NCBI GenBank assembly: GCA_963662465.1
Contig: OY759599.1
Location: forward strand, 1,088,001 to 1,152,000
Direction of reading: 5' to 3'
DNA: 64,000 bases
Origin: Desulfatiglandales bacterium
GTDB taxonomy: Bacteria > Desulfobacterota > DSM-4660 > Desulfatiglandales > Desulfatiglandaceae
This document shows positions 60,287 to 64,000 of this stretch, one piece after another (position 1 is the stretch's first letter; every line of letters starts with the position of its first letter). Made by a program: the position numbers and the translations under genes. The notes under the pieces were generated by a model. The model saw only the letters and a program-made list of their open reading frames with translations. It was not told the DNA's origin and made no database searches.

Positions 60287-60376
60287 GGGCCCAGGACCGG
60301 GTGCGGATATGCCGACGGACACCATGGCGCAGGGCCCAGGACCGGGTGCGGATATGACGACGGACACCATGGCGCA
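60287..60376 (+). repeat. 45-bp tandem duplication
   Basis: GGGCCCAGGACCGGGTGCGGATATG(C/A)CGACGGACACCATGGCGCA x2. Confidence 0.95.
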
Positions 60377-60661
60377 GGGCATGGGCAAGGCCATTGCAAG
60401 GGCGCTATCACTACCTCCGATTGTGGGGCGGATGTGGGTGTCACAAGGCATAATCTGTACCTTAAATCAATAGCTTGTGGGAGGCCCCGACCTCGCGGTG
60501 TTGAAAACGATTTTTAATCGGGTATGAGCCCACACCCAAAATGTCAAAAATTAAAAATTATAGCATGACGCAAAACGCCAAAACCCAAAATGTAAAATTC
60601 AAAAATTATAACACACTGGCCATGGCCAGACACATAAACCCAAAAGAGAGAGGTAAAGACA

Positions 60662-60967
60662 ATGTGGCAAATAATTGATGTGCATTTGACGAACGATAGT
60701 GAGGGCGAGATCAAACTCGTCCGGCTCAATGAACAGGGAAAACCCACAACCGAGCGGATGGTCTTGCCCATTACCGTGACGGATAAATTTGATTTTACAA
60801 CCGCACCCGAAACCTTAACCGACGGTGCGGTGGCTGAATTGCTTGACGACATCCTCGAAACCTTGGATGTGGACGAGGAGCCGTTTCAACCAGCGTATAT
60901 TGTCTCGACCATGGCAAAACCAGCGCAACCCACAAAGGCAAAAGTAGTGGGCAAACTCAACGCCTAA
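60662..60967 (+). CDS. Hypothetical phage protein
   Basis: GAGG SD, co-oriented ORF. Confidence 0.6.
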   Translation: MWQIIDVHLTNDSEGEIKLVRLNEQGKPTTERMVLPITVTDKFDFTTAPETLTDGAVAELLDDILETLDVDEEPFQPAYIVSTMAKPAQPTKAKVVGKLNA

Positions 60968-60997
60968 CACCAAATTATTAACACAAAAAATCACACA

Positions 60998-61043
60998 GAA
61001 CCTCTTTGAAGGTCCGTGATTGAACAGGACACCTAGGAGGTTC
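60998..61043 (+). promoter_or_regulatory. Hairpin sequestering the terminase RBS
   Basis: GAACCTC (60998-61004) pairs with GAGGTTC (61037-61043), covering GGAGG 61036-61040. Confidence 0.6.
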
Positions 61044-61045
61044 CC

Positions 61046-62860
61046 ATGGGCACCGAAACAGCGACAAAACCCAGCAACAAAGACAGAGTTAAGAAATGGC
61101 GAGCAAACACACCCGAGGCGTTTCTCCAGTGGGTTGATGACATCAAGCCTCGCATATTGATAAACTCAAGATACGAGATATTTCAACCGACCGAAAACCA
61201 GCTCAAACTTATACACCAAATCCTGAAGCCAGCCGAAAATCCTATTAATCAATCTGTGGATGAGCCCGTGCAAGCCATAGGCGAGCGGTCCCATAACGCC
61301 AGGAAAGCCAGACCTTCCCGCAAAACAAAACCGGTTGACGAGGAGCAGCAACAGGCAAGGCGCTCATCTTTTCAACACAGCCTATCATTAATAATAGAGC
61401 CCAGACGTCATGGCAAATCCACTCTATTTTGCTTGATGTGTTTGTGGTTGTTCACCAGCCGGAGAAACATCACCATCCAGCTCCTGGGAAACACGGAATC
61501 CCACTGCCGCAGGGTCCAGTTTTCAACCGTCAAGAAAATCATTGCTAACACGCCGACGCTGCGGAAGCTCATACCGGAAAAGCAGATGTTTGTGTATGAA
61601 ATCTTTTTCCCTGCGCTCGGCAATGTTTTGCAGATGAGCCCAGGAAATAATCCCTCCACTTCCTTTGGCGAAAAAATAGATGTCCTCTGGGTGTCCGATT
61701 TACACGCATCCACCGACCTGGCACCGTTCAACGCTCTTCAAGGCTCGCTCCTTGACTCCAAGGATTCTGTTTGCTGGCTCGACTCCAATGTGGACAGCAA
61801 GGGTGGCACCGTACACATGATCCAGGAGGAGGCGGTAAATGATCCGTCAATTTTCGCGCACCATACCTTTTACCGGGACTTGAATCATTACTGCGCAGAG
61901 GCACCGCCATGGATTTCCCGCACAAAGGCCAGACGCCTGGCGAAAACTTCTCTCCCTGCTGATTTCCGTAGAGATATTTTGGGCAAGCGCTCTGACGCTT
62001 CAAACGCTCTCTTCCCATCGGACGTTATTGAAATGTGCAAGAGCCCATATAAATGTCCGGTTGAGGATATTCAAACTTTGACGCAGGGACGAGCGTATTT
62101 TGTGGGTGGCGGTTTGGATAGATCGAAATCATTGCTGGGCAGTACATTTGGTGCCGATGCCACTATTTGGACCTGCGTTTTGAAAGTAGCAAATCCCAAA
62201 AATGAGGAACCCGAGATTTTCCTTTTGAACCAGGTGAACGTCATACCGAACACCGCAGCAAATATCAAAAAAATCATACTCAAGGACCACCAGCGTTATG
62301 GTTTGAAAATGGCTTGCCTTGAGGATTACGAAACCATGGATATTATCCCATGGCTGGAAGCCCAGAACATTCCCGTTGAAAAAATGTCACCTCATTCAAC
62401 GCGGCAGAATGCGTCATTTCCGGAGCTGGCCAGAATCTCACGAGAGGGCAGGCTCCATTTTCCCGAGGACGAAAAAGGGCTCGCCGATGAAATGGCCACA
62501 TTCAGCTATGTGAAAGCTCCCAGGGGTGAGGGTTATTCATTTGGCCATTCTAGCAAAAATCAGCACGACGACAGAGTTTATTCCCTGAACTGGGCCATTT
62601 ATGCTTTACGCAGTCAAATCATGAACCTTTACACCCTCAACCGTATCACCTGCACATCAAAACGACCGAACCGGCACCTCTGTTTTTTGATGGGCGGCAG
62701 CTTGGAATTACACTGCGCCCAAAACTGCGAGGCAGCAGTTGAAGTGCGCGACATGCACCGGCAGTTCCTTCAATATCAGCTCGACAGTGATATTGACTTA
62801 TCCCAATTTTACAAAAACCACGTAAAATTGACCGGAATAAAAACATATCAGGCCATATAG
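61046..62860 (+). CDS. Terminase large subunit-like protein
   Basis: Walker A PRRHGKS; nuclease GLD...D and HDDRVYSL; followed by portal. Confidence 0.85.
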   Translation: MGTETATKPSNKDRVKKWRANTPEAFLQWVDDIKPRILINSRYEIFQPTENQLKLIHQILKPAENPINQSVDEPVQAIGERSHNARKARPSRKTKPVDEEQQQARRSSFQHSLSLIIEPRRHGKSTLFCLMCLWLFTSRRNITIQLLGNTESHCRRVQFSTVKKIIANTPTLRKLIPEKQMFVYEIFFPALGNVLQMSPGNNPSTSFGEKIDVLWVSDLHASTDLAPFNALQGSLLDSKDSVCWLDSNVDSKGGTVHMIQEEAVNDPSIFAHHTFYRDLNHYCAEAPPWISRTKARRLAKTSLPADFRRDILGKRSDASNALFPSDVIEMCKSPYKCPVEDIQTLTQGRAYFVGGGLDRSKSLLGSTFGADATIWTCVLKVANPKNEEPEIFLLNQVNVIPNTAANIKKIILKDHQRYGLKMACLEDYETMDIIPWLEAQNIPVEKMSPHSTRQNASFPELARISREGRLHFPEDEKGLADEMATFSYVKAPRGEGYSFGHSSKNQHDDRVYSLNWAIYALRSQIMNLYTLNRITCTSKRPNRHLCFLMGGSLELHCAQNCEAAVEVRDMHRQFLQYQLDSDIDLSQFYKNHVKLTGIKTYQAI

Positions 62861-62862
62861 CC

Positions 62863-63090
62863 ATGATTGACGCAATAAATAACAAAACAGACCAAAAAAA
62901 AGACTGGACAAATCGGAAAACATCAATTATGGTTGATATTCGATGTTTTAACTGCAATCGGTTGTTATGCACGGGGCACATAACCGAGGGAGAAATAGTT
63001 ATCAAGTGTGGTAAGTGCGGCAAGATGATAACTATAGGCGCACATGGCGCACAACCGGCAACGGTTAAAACGGTCCGGTTAGTGCGCTAA
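62863..63090 (+). CDS. Com-family zinc-ribbon protein
   Basis: DIRCFNCNRLL...IVIKCGKCG. Confidence 0.75.
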   Translation: MIDAINNKTDQKKDWTNRKTSIMVDIRCFNCNRLLCTGHITEGEIVIKCGKCGKMITIGAHGAQPATVKTVRLVR

Positions 63091-63120
63091 AAATCACAAA
63101 AGAAATCAGAGCCCATTCAG

Positions 63121-63158
63121 AGGCCATTTGCGGATTATACCGCAGGTGGCCTTTTTTA
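63121..63158 (+). terminator. Terminator-like hairpin before the portal gene
   Basis: AGGCCATTTGCGG-ATTATA-CCGCAGGTGGCCT then TTTTT. Confidence 0.7.
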
Positions 63159-63180
63159 GTTTGCCCCAAAGGAAAAAACA

Positions 63181-64000
63181 ATGCTTTGGAATAGTACAGC
63201 AAAAGACGTGGTGCAGAAGATGTTCAAGGAAGCTGCGGAGAAGGAAACGCGAGCCAGGAAGGATGATACCATCAAGCGCTTGTCCTATTATCACGATGAG
63301 CAAGAGGCGTATATCACCGAGCAGCTCAATCAGCACCACGCCGATCCGGACGCTTTTACGCCTGTTTTTTTCAACGTCTGCAAAAAAATCATCAATCAGC
63401 TCTCCATGGTTTACATGGCGGACGCAACACGAGAGATTGACGGCAGCGTCCAAGACAAAGCCATATTCGACATGATTGTGGATTCTTCAAATCTGAATCT
63501 CAAGATGAAAACCGCCTCCCGTTATACGCAGCTCTTAAAAACAATCATGCTGCGTCCGATCTGGCGACAGGGAAAAATGGACCTGGATATATATGATGGG
63601 AGCATACTTGACGTTGAAACCGGTGACTCTCCCGAACACCTGGAAAGGGTGATGGTTACGCACTATCCACAGAGCGGAGAATCTAAGGACATCGAATATA
63701 GTTTATGGGACATCGAAACATACCGCAGGCTGGATTATAACGGCAACACCCTCGAAAACGCACAAAACCCATATCAAGTAATCCCTTTTGTGCCGATCTG
63801 GGCAAGCTATCCGGCAACCGGCAGTTTCTGGGCGGCAGGCGGTAATGATTTAATCTCGGTGCAAAGTACCATCAACCAAAAACTCACGGATTTAATGTTA
63901 GTTTTGGAATATCAGGGTTTTGGTGTTCCTGTGGCAAAAGGGTTGCCCACGGGTGGAAATTTGCACATCGGACCGAATACCGCAGTGGAAATCGAAAATC
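63181..64000 (+). CDS. Phage portal protein (SPP1 gp6-like), runs off window
   Basis: Manual translation MLWNSTAKD...SYYHDEQ...NVCKKIINQLSMVY...NPYQVIPFV...LISVQSTIN...YQGFG; open to the window end. Confidence 0.8.
   Translation, partial: MLWNSTAKDVVQKMFKEAAEKETRARKDDTIKRLSYYHDEQEAYITEQLNQHHADPDAFTPVFFNVCKKIINQLSMVYMADATREIDGSVQDKAIFDMIVDSSNLNLKMKTASRYTQLLKTIMLRPIWRQGKMDLDIYDGSILDVETGDSPEHLERVMVTHYPQSGESKDIEYSLWDIETYRRLDYNGNTLENAQNPYQVIPFVPIWASYPATGSFWAAGGNDLISVQSTINQKLTDLMLVLEYQGFGVPVAKGLPTGGNLHIGPNTAVEIEN

Larger units (their letters stand above)
54600..64000 (+). mobile_element. Compact prophage or phage-satellite-like element (partial; boundary approximate)
   Basis: Co-oriented xis-like, methyltransferase, primase-polymerase, terminase and portal genes; no integrase in window. 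Confidence 0.85.

Noticed and set aside
60287..60376. CRISPR mini-array
   Set aside because: Two adjacent 45-bp copies with no spacer

Overview
Bacterial chromosomal window; gene content suggests an anaerobic Desulfobacterota-like organism (inference). (1) 1-24.3 kb: a heavily rearranged envelope locus. It holds a BaeS-like kinase paired with a chimeric receiver/class III cyclase gene, an IPTL-CTERM surface protein, and a DUF4956 / HlyD-fusion / TolC-like / VTC polyphosphate-polymerase / CotH / DUF1566 cluster with Spy and EF-hand genes. A recurring TTTACA-N5-TT(T/A)ACA promoter box ties these together. (2) 24.5-31.8 kb: XRE-cupin regulator, 3-hydroxyacyl-CoA dehydrogenase, Liv-type ABC transporter and a beta-keto acid cleavage enzyme. 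(3) 31.8-40.6 kb: MacAB-TolC-type exporter, pspF-pspABC and a frameshifted glycerol dehydrogenase. (4) 40.5-50.8 kb: an accessory island bracketed by two copies of the nfo 3' end. It contains a diversity-generating retroelement (broken HRDC gene, intact RT, Asn-rich template repeat, no variable repeat seen in the window), an attC-bearing GrpB cassette, an Rpn gene, AAA/PD-(D/E)XK genes and many small palindromes. (5) 50.7-54.4 kb: PEP/pyruvate-binding-domain protein and glutamate dehydrogenase. (6) 54.6-64 kb: one end of a compact prophage or satellite (RHH, xis-like HTH, methyltransferase, NrS-1-type primase-polymerase, iteron origin, terminase, Com-like zinc ribbon, portal). No rRNA, tRNA or CRISPR array was recognised. 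All family calls come from motif recognition by eye; no database search was run.
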